From Vicinamibacterales bacterium (GTDB lineage: Bacteria > Acidobacteriota > Vicinamibacteria > Vicinamibacterales > Vicinamibacteraceae): 64,000 nucleotides of DNA. The stretch's first letter is position 1. The number at the start of each line of letters is the position of its first letter. Below are positions 30,092 to 40,163 of the stretch, one piece after another. The DNA lies in assembly GCA_963816265.1 (NCBI GenBank), contig CAWFJQ010000003.1, positions 1,681,620 to 1,745,619 of the forward strand. Direction: 5' to 3'. Made by a program: the position numbers and the translations under genes. The notes below the pieces were generated by a model, which was not told the DNA's origin, searched no databases, and saw only the letters and a list, made by a program, of their open reading frames with translations.

Positions 30092-31204
30092 ATGGACACC
30101 ATGAAGGCAGTGGCATTCCTCGGCACCGGCCGGATCGGCATCGTCGAGCGCCCCAAGCCGAAGCCGGGACCTGGCCAGGCCGTCGTCCGCATCACGACGA
30201 CGACCATCTGCGGCACCGACGTCCACATCGTCAAGGGCGAGTACCCGGTGCGACCGGGCCTCGTCCTCGGCCACGAGCCGGTCGGCGTGATCGAGGCCCT
30301 GTCTGACGGTCTCGAGCCCGAGTACCACGTCGGCCAGCGGGTGATCGTCGGCGCCATCACCCCGTGCGGGCAGTGCTTCTACTGCCTGAACGGCACCCAC
30401 TCCCAGTGCGGCGGCGCGCTCGGCGGCTGGCGCTTCGGCAACACGATCGACGGCGCCTGGGCCGAGTACCTGCTGGTCCCGGACGCCCGCGCCAACCTCG
30501 CGCCGATTCCGGACGGCCTGACCGACGAGCAGGTCGTCCTCGCGCCGGACATCTTCTCGACCGGGCTGGGCGGCGCCGAGAGCGCGAACATCAAGGTCGG
30601 CGATTCCGTGGCGGTCTTCGCGCAGGGACCGATCGGCCTCTGCGCCACCGTCGGGGCGCGGCTGCGTGGGGCCGCGTTGATCATCGGGGTCGACTCGGTG
30701 CCCGAACGCCTGGCCATGGCCCGGCGCCTCGGCGCCGACGTTGTGATCAACCACCGCGAGGAAGACGCCGTCGCCACGATCAAGCGACTGACCGACGGAC
30801 GCGGCGTCGACGTCGCCATCGAGGCGCTCGGCCGGCAGGAGACGTTCGAAAGCGCCCTGCGCGCCATCCGTCCGGGCGGCACGTTGTCGAGCCTCGGGGT
30901 CTACTCGGGCAAGCTCGTGGCGCCCTACGAGGCGTTCTACGCCGGCCTCGGCGACCAGCGCATCGTCACCACGCTCTGTCCGGGCGGCAAGGAACGCATG
31001 CGGCGCCTGATGGCGCTGATCGCGCACCGGCGTGTGGACCTGGAGCCGCTGGTCACCCATCGCTTCGCGCTGGACCAGATCGAGGACGCGTTCGATCTGT
31101 TCAGCAACCAGCGGCAGGGCGTGCTCAAGGTCGCGCTGCATCCCACCGCGCCGGCCGCGGCCCTCGCCCGCGACGTGGTCGCCGACGAGCGCGCCACGGT
31201 CTGA
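30092..31204 (+). CDS. Zinc-dependent alcohol dehydrogenase (MDR family).
   Basis: Intact 370-aa ORF. It has CGTDVH, GHEPVG, the structural-Zn cysteines CGQCFYCLNGTHSQC, and GxGxxG-type VAVFAQGPIG. Confidence 0.85.
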   Translation: MDTMKAVAFLGTGRIGIVERPKPKPGPGQAVVRITTTTICGTDVHIVKGEYPVRPGLVLGHEPVGVIEALSDGLEPEYHVGQRVIVGAITPCGQCFYCLNGTHSQCGGALGGWRFGNTIDGAWAEYLLVPDARANLAPIPDGLTDEQVVLAPDIFSTGLGGAESANIKVGDSVAVFAQGPIGLCATVGARLRGAALIIGVDSVPERLAMARRLGADVVINHREEDAVATIKRLTDGRGVDVAIEALGRQETFESALRAIRPGGTLSSLGVYSGKLVAPYEAFYAGLGDQRIVTTLCPGGKERMRRLMALIAHRRVDLEPLVTHRFALDQIEDAFDLFSNQRQGVLKVALHPTAPAAALARDVVADERATV

Positions 31205-31259
31205 CGCTTCGGGGAGTGGACGGGTCGTCGCCCGGCGGCCCGTCCGCGTCTCTCCGTCG

Positions 31260-32069
31260 TCAGCGCCCGCCGACCAGCGCCACCGCCCGCGCCAGCGCCC
31301 TCTGGAAGTAGTCCTGGGGCGCCTCATCAGGACAGCGCAGCTCCAGCATCGCCCAGCCGTCGAACCGGATCGCCTCGAGGCTGGCCGCGATCTCGGCCCA
31401 GTCAATCGTCCCTTCGCCGGGCACGAGGTGGTCGTCGTAGTGGCCGTGGTTGTCGCTGGCGTGGATGTGCACGAGCCGGCCGTCGCAGAGTTCGGCGAAG
31501 CGACGCCAGGAGCGACCGAGCGCGACGTGGCCGGTGTCGAGGCAGACGCCGGCGCCGTCGTCGACGTGGGCGAGCAGCCAGGCGAACTCGTCGGGGTGCC
31601 CGCCGATCAGGTGCGGCAGGGGCGACTCGATGGCGAGCTGCATCCCTTCGGCGCGGCACGCCGCCGCGACGGCACGGAGGCTGGCGGCCGAGGCCTCGAG
31701 TCGAGCGCCGACGTCTGCTCCATGGCGCGCCAGGTCGCTGGGGTGGGTGACGACGATGCGTCCGCCCAGCTGCTTGAGGGTCCGCGCGGCCGCGATCGTC
31801 GCGTCGATGCCGGCGTCGCGATGCCGCGCATCGGGATGGGCGAGGTCGAGCGACTCACCGAACGGTGCGTGAATCGAGACGGCGCGGAGCGGCAGGCTCT
31901 GCAGGCGATGGCCGACGGCGGCCACCTCGCTCGCCTTCCACAGATCGAAGTGGCGGGGCGGCGTCCCCAGCTCGACGCCCGAGGCTCCGGCGTCGTGCAG
32001 CGTCTGCAGGACGTCGCAGATGGGTCGGTCGACGCACGCGCCGGTGGCGATGCCGATGGACCAGCTCAT
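31260..32069 (-). CDS. Xylose-isomerase-like TIM-barrel protein (sugar-phosphate isomerase/epimerase or AP-endonuclease-2 superfamily).
   Basis: ATG 32069 overlaps the upstream stop (ATGA). Reads MSWSIGIATGAC..VELGTPPRHFD..VSIHAPF..LAIESP..CLDTGH..HIHASDNHGHYDDHLVPGEGTIDW. Confidence 0.75.
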   Translation of the reverse strand: MSWSIGIATGACVDRPICDVLQTLHDAGASGVELGTPPRHFDLWKASEVAAVGHRLQSLPLRAVSIHAPFGESLDLAHPDARHRDAGIDATIAAARTLKQLGGRIVVTHPSDLARHGADVGARLEASAASLRAVAAACRAEGMQLAIESPLPHLIGGHPDEFAWLLAHVDDGAGVCLDTGHVALGRSWRRFAELCDGRLVHIHASDNHGHYDDHLVPGEGTIDWAEIAASLEAIRFDGWAMLELRCPDEAPQDYFQRALARAVALVGGR

Positions 32070-33518
32070 ACCCGGCCTCTCGAGAGCAGGCGATCGCGGT
32101 CCTGGCGCAGGTCGAACGCGCACCCCGTGCCGGGACAGACGCCCTTCTCCTGGGCCGAGACGCAGTTGTAGTCGATCAGCCGATCGAGGCCGGTCGCGAC
32201 GAGACCGGCGAACACGCGCACGTCGAACTCGGCGCGGGTTCGTGGGTGCATGCGGGTCCAGCGGTCGCCCCACTGGTGATCCGCTTCGTACTCGGCGCGC
32301 ACCAGGCCGGCGATGTCGCACGCCGGCCAGTCGCGCGCCAGCAGCGCGCGGGTGAGGTACTGCAGGTGTTCCGGGCGCAGCAGCAGGTCGTTCGGCTTGA
32401 CGAGGCAGGCCGAGATGCAGGGCGGCAGGGACGCCACGTCGAGGGGTCGCACCGCATCGGGCGCGGCGCGGACGCCTTCCTGAAAGGCGCGGTGAAAGGC
32501 CGCGAGCGGGGACGAGACGTACTCGGCGAGCATCAGGCCGATGCCGGCCTCCAGGCTCGGCAGGGCGGCCGGCGCCAGCCCGGCCTCGCGCGCCGCGGTG
32601 TCGACGCCGCGGCCGCGGCTCAGCATGCCGACCAGCCCCCGGTGCCGTCGCGGCAGCGCCACCAGCGGCGGAAACGAGGCGGCCGCCCGGCCGAAGATGT
32701 CCGGCCGGAAGCGGTGCCATTGATAGGTCCCGAACGCGATCCGCGCGTGCCGGATGTCGAGCGGGTCGCCGGCATGCGAGAAGTCGATCGACGCGCATTC
32801 ACGGCCGACGGCGCCGGCGTGCCCGACCACCGTCCCGTTGACGACGACGGGGATAGTGCTCGTCTGGGCCGTCCGGCGCAGCACCAGCTGGGCGAGATGC
32901 TCCAGCAGCAGGCCGAGGCCCGCCGATGCGCGCGCCTGTCGCTCCGTCATCGCCGCATCGACGCCGGCCGGCCGCCGCCGTGCACAGGTCGCATGCCACG
33001 CTGGCGTCTCGAGCACGAGCTCGGCGAGCTGGTCGACCACGGCGTGCTCGAGAGGAATCCGACCGGTGAAGTGGTAGCCCCGCCCGGTCATCAGGTCCAG
33101 TGCCGGTACGGCGAAGCGCGCCAACACGTGTCGGACGGCCCGGTAGACGGGCTCGAGCTTGAAGAACACCTCGGCCGGATGCGTGAAGGGCTCCTGCGGC
33201 GCATCGACGTTCTGATAGTCCAGGTCGAGGACGAACAGGAGGTTCCGCGTGTCCCACAGCGAACGCGACAAATCGCCGGGCTTGGCGAACAGGGTCGGCA
33301 TCCGTTCGGCCGGCACGCACACCGACCGGTCCCAGGTCAGGTGCGGACGCTGGTCGTCGCGCAAGGCCGCGACATAGACGGCGGTGAGCGGAGTGCCCGC
33401 GCCGCCGCCGCAGGTACTCGACCAGCCGCTCGCGCACCGCCGGCCGCGCATAGTAGGCAGCGACGTCATGCGCGTCGCGCGGACGGGGCCCGGGTGCGGC
33501 CATGGCGACGGCCCTCAC
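32066..33518 (-). CDS. Hypothetical protein with an archaeo-eukaryotic-primase-like motif pattern (tentative); one apparent frameshift near 33400-33420.
   Basis: The N-terminus, in the frame of GTG 33518 / ATG 33503, reads MAAPGPRPRDAHDVAAYYARPAVRERLVEYL. The body contains NLLFVLDLDYQN (a DxD-like strand), MTGRGYHFTGRI (GxGYH) and SIDFSHAGDPLDIRHARIAFGTY. The C-terminus is Cys-rich. The start overlaps the upstream stop (GTGA). Confidence 0.5.
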
Positions 33519-35302
33519 GCCGGCACTGCGGCGCGCGCTCGCTCGGCCCGCGCCTTGACGCCACGCAGCATCCGTCGATCCATCTCGCCGCCAATCGGCT
33601 CCACGAGCGCTGGCCCGAACGCCAGCCGGGTGCGCAGATCATCCGAGCACGCGGCCCGATACCGGCTGACGAGGCGGCAACGCCCGGGGCCCGACGGCTC
33701 GAGCAGGAACAGCCAGCTCGCCTCGACCCAGGGCCGACCGGCCGCTTTGGCAGCGGGCGGCGCCGGGACGTGCGCGATCAGATACTTCCCGCGATCGACC
33801 GCGACAGGAAGCGGCGGCATGGCCGGATGGAGGACGAGCACCTGGCCGGTGCCGAGCTCCCACTCGGGGTGGACGATCTCGGCGTTGCGCAGCCGGCAGC
33901 CGGCCACGTTCTCGAGCCATTGATAGCTGTAGAACCCGCCGCGATCGGCCCCGATCTGCGCCACCCACGGCCACACCGCCGCCGGCGGCGCGTCGATGTC
34001 GATGCCGTGCGTCCAGCTCCAGCGCGGCGAGGCGATGAGTTCGTCGCCAGGCATCGCCTGCGTGACCGACTGCGGGTCGCTCCCCCACCGCGCGCGACGG
34101 CCGCGCAGGAAAGGCGTCACCAGGCCGAAGGCCATTCGAACGGCGCCGACCACGCCCTCCCTCATGTCGCGCCAGTCGTCGCGGGGCAGCCGCCCTTCGG
34201 CGCGCGCGGCGAGGTGACGGAGCTGGGCCGCCTGCATCACCGGATGAATCACACCCATCCACAGCGCCCGCGTGCGCTCGCGGCGTGAGAACGCGCCGCG
34301 GACGCGAACGGTCACCCGCGTGCTCCTGGCGTCGAGCGGCTCGAGGACGAAGGCCCACGTCATGTGCCAGAACCGATCAGGGCGAGCGCTGGCAAAGGCC
34401 AGCTGGCGCCTCGACGCCGGGTCGAAGAGCCCGCCCAGCAGCAGCGTGCGCGGCGCAGCCATGCCGAGGACCTCGAAGCCGCTCGACTCGCGCGGCGTCG
34501 CGGGCAGCACGTCGCCGACCGCCAGGCCCTGCCAGTCCGGGTGGATCTCGCGCGCGCTGCGCGCGCCGCCGTTGTCGAGCGCGTCGATGCTGTAGAAGCC
34601 CGCCCGGCGGCCGCCCATCTGCACCAGCCAGGGCCAGATCTCGTCGGCCGTGGCGGCGATGTCGACCCGGTGCGTCATCTGCGCCCGGGCGTCGGGCAGC
34701 CGGCTGTCGCCCGGCAGGATGCGTTCTTCGTCCGTGCCGGCGGGTCGGCCGAACTCCCGCGCCAGCGCGCCGAGCAGCGAGCGGCGGATGAAGCGGGAGG
34801 CCGGGCCAATCAGCCGGAAGTAGCGGCGGAACTTGCGCCAGGACGCGTCGTCGGTGGCGGTCACCCGCACTTCGACTTCGAGGTGCGACCTGCCCGGCCC
34901 GAGGGGTGACACCCGGATCGCCCAGGCCACCTTGACGTAGGACGGCGTGGCGAAGCGGAGGAAGTCGCCGGCGCCGTCGACGTGGACGAAGGGAATGCTG
35001 AGACGCCAGACCTGGCCGATCGCTCCGACGGCCACCTCGCGCGGCGGGTCGTCGACGAGGACCTGGAACCCGGGATGTTCGGCGGACGACCGCATGTCAT
35101 CGAGCTTGACGCGGGCGGGGGCCGGCGTCTCGCCGCCGCGGTCGACGAGGGTCCGCAGCGCGAACAACGCCCGTGTCGTCGGCGAGTGGGCCAGGCCGGC
35201 GTGGCGCACGCGACGCCACACCTGCTCCGCTGGAGCGGCCAGGTCGACGCGGTCGACCTCCACCAGCCGGGCATTCGGGATGAGCCTGTCGAGTGCGGTC
35301 AT
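33515..35302 (-). CDS. Protein with three tandem SRPBCC (START/polyketide-cyclase-like) domains.
   Basis: ATG 35302 follows GAGGAGG. The module recurs three times: ..VWRRVRH..FQVLVDDPPREVAVGAIGQVW..; ..IWPWLVQMGGRRAGFYSIDALDN..; ..VWPWVAQIGADRGGFYSYQWLEN... Confidence 0.7.
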   Translation of the reverse strand: MTALDRLIPNARLVEVDRVDLAAPAEQVWRRVRHAGLAHSPTTRALFALRTLVDRGGETPAPARVKLDDMRSSAEHPGFQVLVDDPPREVAVGAIGQVWRLSIPFVHVDGAGDFLRFATPSYVKVAWAIRVSPLGPGRSHLEVEVRVTATDDASWRKFRRYFRLIGPASRFIRRSLLGALAREFGRPAGTDEERILPGDSRLPDARAQMTHRVDIAATADEIWPWLVQMGGRRAGFYSIDALDNGGARSAREIHPDWQGLAVGDVLPATPRESSGFEVLGMAAPRTLLLGGLFDPASRRQLAFASARPDRFWHMTWAFVLEPLDARSTRVTVRVRGAFSRRERTRALWMGVIHPVMQAAQLRHLAARAEGRLPRDDWRDMREGVVGAVRMAFGLVTPFLRGRRARWGSDPQSVTQAMPGDELIASPRWSWTHGIDIDAPPAAVWPWVAQIGADRGGFYSYQWLENVAGCRLRNAEIVHPEWELGTGQVLVLHPAMPPLPVAVDRGKYLIAHVPAPPAAKAAGRPWVEASWLFLLEPSGPGRCRLVSRYRAACSDDLRTRLAFGPALVEPIGGEMDRRMLRGVKARAERARAAVPA

Positions 35303-35323
35303 ACGCGCCTCCTCTGAAGCCGC

Positions 35324-35339
35324 TGCAAGATCCCATCCG
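35324..35339 (-). promoter_or_regulatory. Weak sigma-54 promoter candidate upstream of the SRPBCC operon.
   Basis: The reverse complement reads CGGATGGGATCTTGCA: GG and TTGCA at consensus spacing. It lies 23 nt from ATG 35302 with the SD in between. The -24 half is poor. Confidence 0.3.
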
Positions 35340-35473
35340 GGCCGAGCCGCCCCCTTCCGGCGCTCGATGGCAGACGACGAGCCGCGGACTATCGCGCAGC
35401 GAGCGGGAGGAATTCCGCACCCCGACACCGGGCTGTGCGCTCGCCGACCGATTTCCCGCTGGCTCGATTCTTG

Positions 35474-36563
35474 ATGCGATCGGGCGCCCGGATGGATCTG
35501 CCAGCCGGCATCGAACAGGCGCGCCTGCTGGCGCAGTTCAAGTACGCCCTCGATCAGGCCGCCATCGTGGCCATCACCGATCGCGGCGGGCGCATCACCT
35601 ACGCCAACGATCGCTTCTGCGCCATCTCGCAGTACGCCCGGGAGGAGCTGCTCGGGCAGGATCATCGCCTGGTCAATTCAGGCCTCCACTCGCACGAGTT
35701 CATGGCCGACCTGTGGCGGACCATCACCGGCGGCCGGGTCTGGCGCGGCGAGCTCCGCAACCGGGCCAAGGATGGCTCGCACTACTGGGTCGACACCACC
35801 ATCGTGCCGCTGCTCGACGAGAGCGGCCGATCGCAGCAGGACCCTGGCGATCCGCTACGACGTGACCCAGCGCAAGGCGGCCGAGATCAAGCTGCGGGAA
35901 CAGGCGGCGCTCGCCAAGCTCGGCGAGCTCGCCGCGATTGTGGCGCACGAGGTGCGGAACCCGCTCGCCGGCCTCCGCGGCTCGCTCCAGGTGCTGGGCA
36001 CACGCATCCCGCCCGGCATGCGGGGCGGCGAAATCATCGGCGCCATGGTGGAGCGCATCGACGCCCTGGCCGACCGCGTCTCCGACATCCTGATGCTGGC
36101 GGCGGCACGCGAGGCGCGGCTGCGGCCAGTGCGTCTCGGCCCGATCCTCGTCGAGGCGGCGATGAGCGCCCACGCCGCCGTGCCGGGCGTGCCGATGCCG
36201 GTGCTGGCCGAGGCCAATCCCGAGGTCGTCGCCGATCCGGAGATGTTGCGCGAGCTGTTGCTGAACCTGGTGATGAACGCCTGTCAGGCGTCGCGGACGC
36301 ACACCAGCGAGGCCGTCCGCGTCCAGGTCACGACCGCTGACGGCTCGTGCCGGATCGAGGTGCTCGATTGCGGCAGCGGCATCGATCCCGGCATCCGCGA
36401 CCGCATCTTCGAGCCGTTCTTCACCACCAAGCATGGCGGGACCGGACTGGGCCTGGCCATCGTCAAGCGCCTGGTCGACCTCCAGGGCGGCGGCGTGACC
36501 CTCGGCGACCGCGAGGGCGGCGGCGCCTGCGCCCGGGTGACGCTCCCCATCCACCAGCGCTGA
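35474..36563 (+). CDS. Soluble PAS-domain sensor histidine kinase; one apparent frameshift near 35830-35850; the start is uncertain (35435, 35474 or 35492).
   Basis: PAS domain: [68 protein letters not shown]. The next frame reads [11 protein letters not shown].., then the H-box [13 protein letters not shown], the N-box [12 protein letters not shown], and the G-boxes DCGSGI and GGTGLGLAI. Confidence 0.8.
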
Positions 36564-36635
36564 TCCCGCGCCGGCAGGCCCGGTCCCGCCTCGTGCTGGC
36601 ACGGACCCCCGCCGTCGGACGATACTGTCCGCAAC

Positions 36636-38000
36636 ATGCGCAATGCCACGATCCTCGTCGTCGACGACGAGCAGCTCGTTCGGTGGTCCCTCAGCGAGCG
36701 ACTGCGGGCCGACGGCTACCGCGTCGTCGAAGCCGCCACCGGCCAGGACGCCCTCGATCGCGCCGCTGACGGCGTCGACCTGGTGCTGCTCGACTACAAG
36801 CTGCCCGACACCGACGGCGTGACCGTGCTGCGCAAGATCAAGGAGCAGGACCCGGACATCCTCGTCATCCTGCTCACCGCCTACGCCACCGTCGAAACCG
36901 CGGTCGAGGCGATGAAGATCGGCGCCTACCACTTCGCCAACAAGCCCTTCAACCTCGACGACATCTCGCTGACGGTCGCCAAGGCGCTCGAGACGACGCA
37001 GCTGCGCCGCGAAGTGCGGATGCTGCGGGCCAGCCAGGCCCAGCCCTACGGCTTCGACCGCATCGTCGGCGAATCGCCGGTGATGGGCGCGCTGCGGGAG
37101 CTGCTCCGCAAGGTGGCCGCCAGCCCGGCGTCGACCGTGCTCCTGACCGGCGAGAGCGGCACCGGCAAGGACCTGGCCGCCAAGGTCCTCCATTTCAACA
37201 GCCAGCGCGCCAGCCGGCCGTTCGTCAACATCACCTGCTCGGCGATCCCCGAGGCGCTGCTCGAAAGCGAGCTGTTCGGTCACGAGCGTGGGGCGTTCAC
37301 CGACGCGCGCCAGCAGAAGCGCGGGCTGTTCGAGCAGGCCGACGGCGGCACCGTCTTTCTCGACGAGATTGGCGAGATGGTGCCGGCCCTCCAGGCCAAG
37401 CTGCTGCGCTTCCTCGAAGAGAAGTCGTTCAAGCGCGTCGGCGGGGCGCACGACATCACGGTCGACGTGCGCGTGGTGGCGGCCACCAACCGCAACCTCG
37501 AGGAACAGGTGCGCGCCGGCCAGTTCCGCGAGGATCTCTTCTACCGGTTGAACGTACTGCCGATCGTCCTGCCGTCGCTGCGGGGCCACCTCGACGACGT
37601 CCCGGCCCTGGTCGACTTCTACATCGATCAGTTCAACCGGGAGTTCCGCAAGAGCGTGCGCGGCACGTCGCCCGACGCAGCCCGCGATCTCCGCGCCTAC
37701 GGGTGGCCGGGCAATGTCCGTGAAGTGCGCAACGCCGTCGAGCGGGCCATGCTGCTCGCCGACGGCGACTGGCTCGAGCCACACGACTTCCCCGCCGTCG
37801 CGGTGCGCCGTCAGGCCGGGCACGACATCGCGCTGCCGGCCGACGGCGTCGACCTCGAGCAGCTCGAGAAGAGCCTGGTCGTCCAGGCCCTCGAGCGAAG
37901 CGGCCACAACCAGACGCGCGCCGCCGCGCTCCTCGGTCTCAACCGCGATCAGATCCGCTATCGCATCGAAAAGTTCGGCTTGATGAAGCCGGCCTCGTAG
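36636..38000 (+). CDS. Sigma-54-dependent response regulator (NtrC/AtoC family enhancer-binding protein).
   Basis: Intact 454-aa ORF. REC domain ([20 protein letters not shown]). AAA+ domain ([48 protein letters not shown]). C-terminal Fis-type HTH. Confidence 0.9.
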   Translation: MRNATILVVDDEQLVRWSLSERLRADGYRVVEAATGQDALDRAADGVDLVLLDYKLPDTDGVTVLRKIKEQDPDILVILLTAYATVETAVEAMKIGAYHFANKPFNLDDISLTVAKALETTQLRREVRMLRASQAQPYGFDRIVGESPVMGALRELLRKVAASPASTVLLTGESGTGKDLAAKVLHFNSQRASRPFVNITCSAIPEALLESELFGHERGAFTDARQQKRGLFEQADGGTVFLDEIGEMVPALQAKLLRFLEEKSFKRVGGAHDITVDVRVVAATNRNLEEQVRAGQFREDLFYRLNVLPIVLPSLRGHLDDVPALVDFYIDQFNREFRKSVRGTSPDAARDLRAYGWPGNVREVRNAVERAMLLADGDWLEPHDFPAVAVRRQAGHDIALPADGVDLEQLEKSLVVQALERSGHNQTRAAALLGLNRDQIRYRIEKFGLMKPAS

Positions 38001-38031
38001 CCCGCCCAGGCACCAGGACCGGTCCGCCGCG

Positions 38032-38197
38032 CTAGTCCCCTGGAACCGTGATAGCTGGGACAAGTCCCGGAGCGCGGCGCCCCGCGGGCAAGGCGCGACG
38101 AGGAAGGATATTGGGCATATTCGACCGAGGAGCAACGCCGCCCCCGGGGATGCCCCGCCCGGGAATTGTTCTAGAAATCACGGTTCCAGGGGACTAG
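38032..38197. repeat. 166-bp nested-palindrome repeat element, copy E1.
   Basis: The arms are a perfect 21-bp inverted repeat: CTAGTCCCCTGGAACCGTGAT (38032-38052) and ATCACGGTTCCAGGGGACTAG (38177-38197). The core is conserved with the copies at 5319 and 56597. It lies between convergent genes, and the right arm contains the TAG stop of the 38194 gene. Confidence 0.85.
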
Positions 38198-38640
38198 GCA
38201 GCCGGGGTGTCCCGGTGGAGCTGGCCGGTGACGAGCGCGACCACAGCGGCCGAGTCGACCGGCTTGGCGACGACCGTCACCCCCTCCAGACGGCTGGCGG
38301 AGACATCGCCGCCCGAGTCGAGGACGAGGCACGGCGCCACTCCGGTCTGGGCCCGCAGGTCGCGAAGGCTGGCCGCGTCCCGGCCCTCGAGCATCTCACC
38401 GTCGACCATCACCAGATCGGGCGCGACAGCCCCGCGCAGGGCGGTCGAGGCCTCGGCCAACGACCCGCACGGCACGACGTCGACAGCGCAGCCGCGCAGC
38501 GACTCGGCGACGAACCAGCGATACAGCGCCTCCCGATCGACGAGCAGCACCGTCGCGGCAGCGGAAGGGACAGCAGGGGGATCCCGCGAGCGCGGATGGT
38601 CCGGCACGATCAGCCTCACGGCGTCCGACGCAACAGACAT
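38194..38640 (-). CDS. Stand-alone receiver-domain protein.
   Basis: ATG 38640 follows GAGGTGG. Reads ..TVLLVDREALYRWFVAESL..PDLVMVDGEM..VVAKPVD. Confidence 0.6.
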   Translation of the reverse strand: MSVASDAVRLIVPDHPRSRDPPAVPSAAATVLLVDREALYRWFVAESLRGCAVDVVPCGSLAEASTALRGAVAPDLVMVDGEMLEGRDAASLRDLRAQTGVAPCLVLDSGGDVSASRLEGVTVVAKPVDSAAVVALVTGQLHRDTPAA

Positions 38641-38768
38641 GCCACCTCGCTGGCGCAGCCTGGGACGCCAGCTGCCCGCTGGTCGCGTGATGCGCCACGA
38701 CCTGGCCGCGAGAAAGCTCGCCGAGGCGGGGATTTTTGCGACGCCCTCGGGCGGCTGCGTCGGGTGGC

Positions 38769-40163
38769 TCAGGCCCCCACGCCCAGCGTGGCCACGAACC
38801 GGCTGCCGGCTTCGCTCGCTTCGAGCTGGAGGCTGCCCCCATGCTGCTCGGCAATCCAGCGTGCGATGGGCAGGCCGAGTCCCCCTCCAGCGGTCGGCCG
38901 GGAGGTTTCCAGCCGCACGAACCGCTCGAAGACGTGGTCCCGCCTGGCCTCCGGAATGCCGGGCCCGGCGTCGTCGACGGTCAGCCGGATCTGCCCCAGC
39001 GTGACGGCCACCGCGACGGCGACCGCACTGCCCTCCGGCGAGTAGCGGATCGCGTTGTCGAGCAGGTTCATCACCATCCGCCGCAGCAGCTCGTCGTCGC
39101 CGCGCATCTGGACGCCCTCGGGCGCCTCGAGCGCGATGGTGATGCCGCGCTCGGCGGCGAGCACCGCCGCGGCCCGCACGCACTCGGCCACGACCTCGTC
39201 GAAGTAGAGATGGCGCGGCTCCAGCGTCCGCCCGCCGACGTCGGCCAGCGCCAGCACGAACATGTCGTCGACGACGCGCGTCAGCCGCTCGGTCTGACTG
39301 GCGACGATGTCGAGCGCCTCGCGATACTCGGCCTCGGTCCGGCTCGGGGCGGCGAGCGTGACCTGGGCGGCCGTCCGCGCCACCGACACGGGGGTGCGCA
39401 GCTCGTGCGAGGCGTCGGCCATGAAGCGGCGCTGGACGCCGACGGACGCCGACAGGCGGTCGAGCACGCCGTTGAAGGCCACCGTCAGCCGCCCCAGCTC
39501 GTCGCGCGGGCCGGGGACCGGCAATCGCGCGTCGACATGCCGCGGATCGATCGCATCGGCATGCGCCGCCGTCTGCGCGAGCGGGAGTAGCGCGCGCCAC
39601 ACGAGCAGCCAGCCGCCAGCCAGCGCGACCAGCGCGGCAATCGGGATGGCGATGCGGACGGTGTTCATGACCGTGGCATGGTCGCGGTCCAACGGCGCCA
39701 GCGCGGTCCACACGACGACCGCGTAGGCGTTCGTTCCTTGGCGCCACCGCGACGCCGCGACCCGCAGCCGCTCCGGCTCGAGCGTGCGGGGCACGTCCGT
39801 CGCCACGACCTGCTGTTGCCGCTCCGGGCTCAGCGCCGGCGCGCCGCCATACCGTGTCGCCAGCTGGCGGCCGCTTTCGTCCAGCACCGACACGCCGACG
39901 CCGGGCAGCTCCAGCTCGACCATCGCTTCGAGCGCACCGGCCGCCAGCGACCGCCGCTCGGTGACTTCGCTGTTCACGACGCCGGCAGCCGACCGCATCG
40001 CGTGCGTCAGATCGGTGTCGATGCGGGCGAGTCCGAGCCGTTCGTGGACGGTGCCGACCGCGAAGGCAAGGACGGTGAGGACCGCGACCATGACGAGGCC
40101 GTAGCTCACGGCCAGTCGGGTCCGGACCCCGAGCCATCGACGTCCCGGGACGGGCGGACTCAT
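38769..40163 (-). CDS. Membrane sensor histidine kinase (two TM helices, HAMP, HisKA, HATPase).
   Basis: ATG 40163 overlaps the RR stop (ATGA). It has the H-box ADASHELRTP, LLDNAIRYSP, DDAGPGIP and GGGLGLPIA. Confidence 0.85.
   Translation of the reverse strand: MSPPVPGRRWLGVRTRLAVSYGLVMVAVLTVLAFAVGTVHERLGLARIDTDLTHAMRSAAGVVNSEVTERRSLAAGALEAMVELELPGVGVSVLDESGRQLATRYGGAPALSPERQQQVVATDVPRTLEPERLRVAASRWRQGTNAYAVVVWTALAPLDRDHATVMNTVRIAIPIAALVALAGGWLLVWRALLPLAQTAAHADAIDPRHVDARLPVPGPRDELGRLTVAFNGVLDRLSASVGVQRRFMADASHELRTPVSVARTAAQVTLAAPSRTEAEYREALDIVASQTERLTRVVDDMFVLALADVGGRTLEPRHLYFDEVVAECVRAAAVLAAERGITIALEAPEGVQMRGDDELLRRMVMNLLDNAIRYSPEGSAVAVAVAVTLGQIRLTVDDAGPGIPEARRDHVFERFVRLETSRPTAGGGLGLPIARWIAEQHGGSLQLEASEAGSRFVATLGVGA

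Noticed and set aside
35460-35475. TGGCTCGATTCTTGAT in front of the PAS kinase gene.
   Set aside because: The -12 element reads TTGA rather than TTGC, so the conserved C is missing. It also overlaps the possible ATG 35474. It is kept only as a remote possibility of autoregulation.
36595-36612. CTGGCACGGACCCCCGCC just upstream of the NtrC-type gene.
   Set aside because: The -24 half is perfect, but there is no TTGC and the only GC is one position out of register.
38041-38056. TGGAACCGTGATAGCT in the left arm of E1 has GG-N10-GC spacing, like a sigma-54 promoter.
   Set aside because: There is no plus-strand gene downstream, the match is poor outside GG/GC, and it is absent from the other two element copies.
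38140-38197. 15-codon ORFs inside the repeat elements: MPRPGIVLEITVPGD-stop in E1 and MPRPRVVWRISDSGH-stop in E2. Both end on the terminal TAG and follow a GAGGAG-like sequence.
   Set aside because: The third copy (reverse complement of 5319-5484) starts MHRPSN and does not end on the TAG in frame. The shared MPRP comes from the conserved GGGATGCCCCGCCCG block. There is no convincing coding signal.
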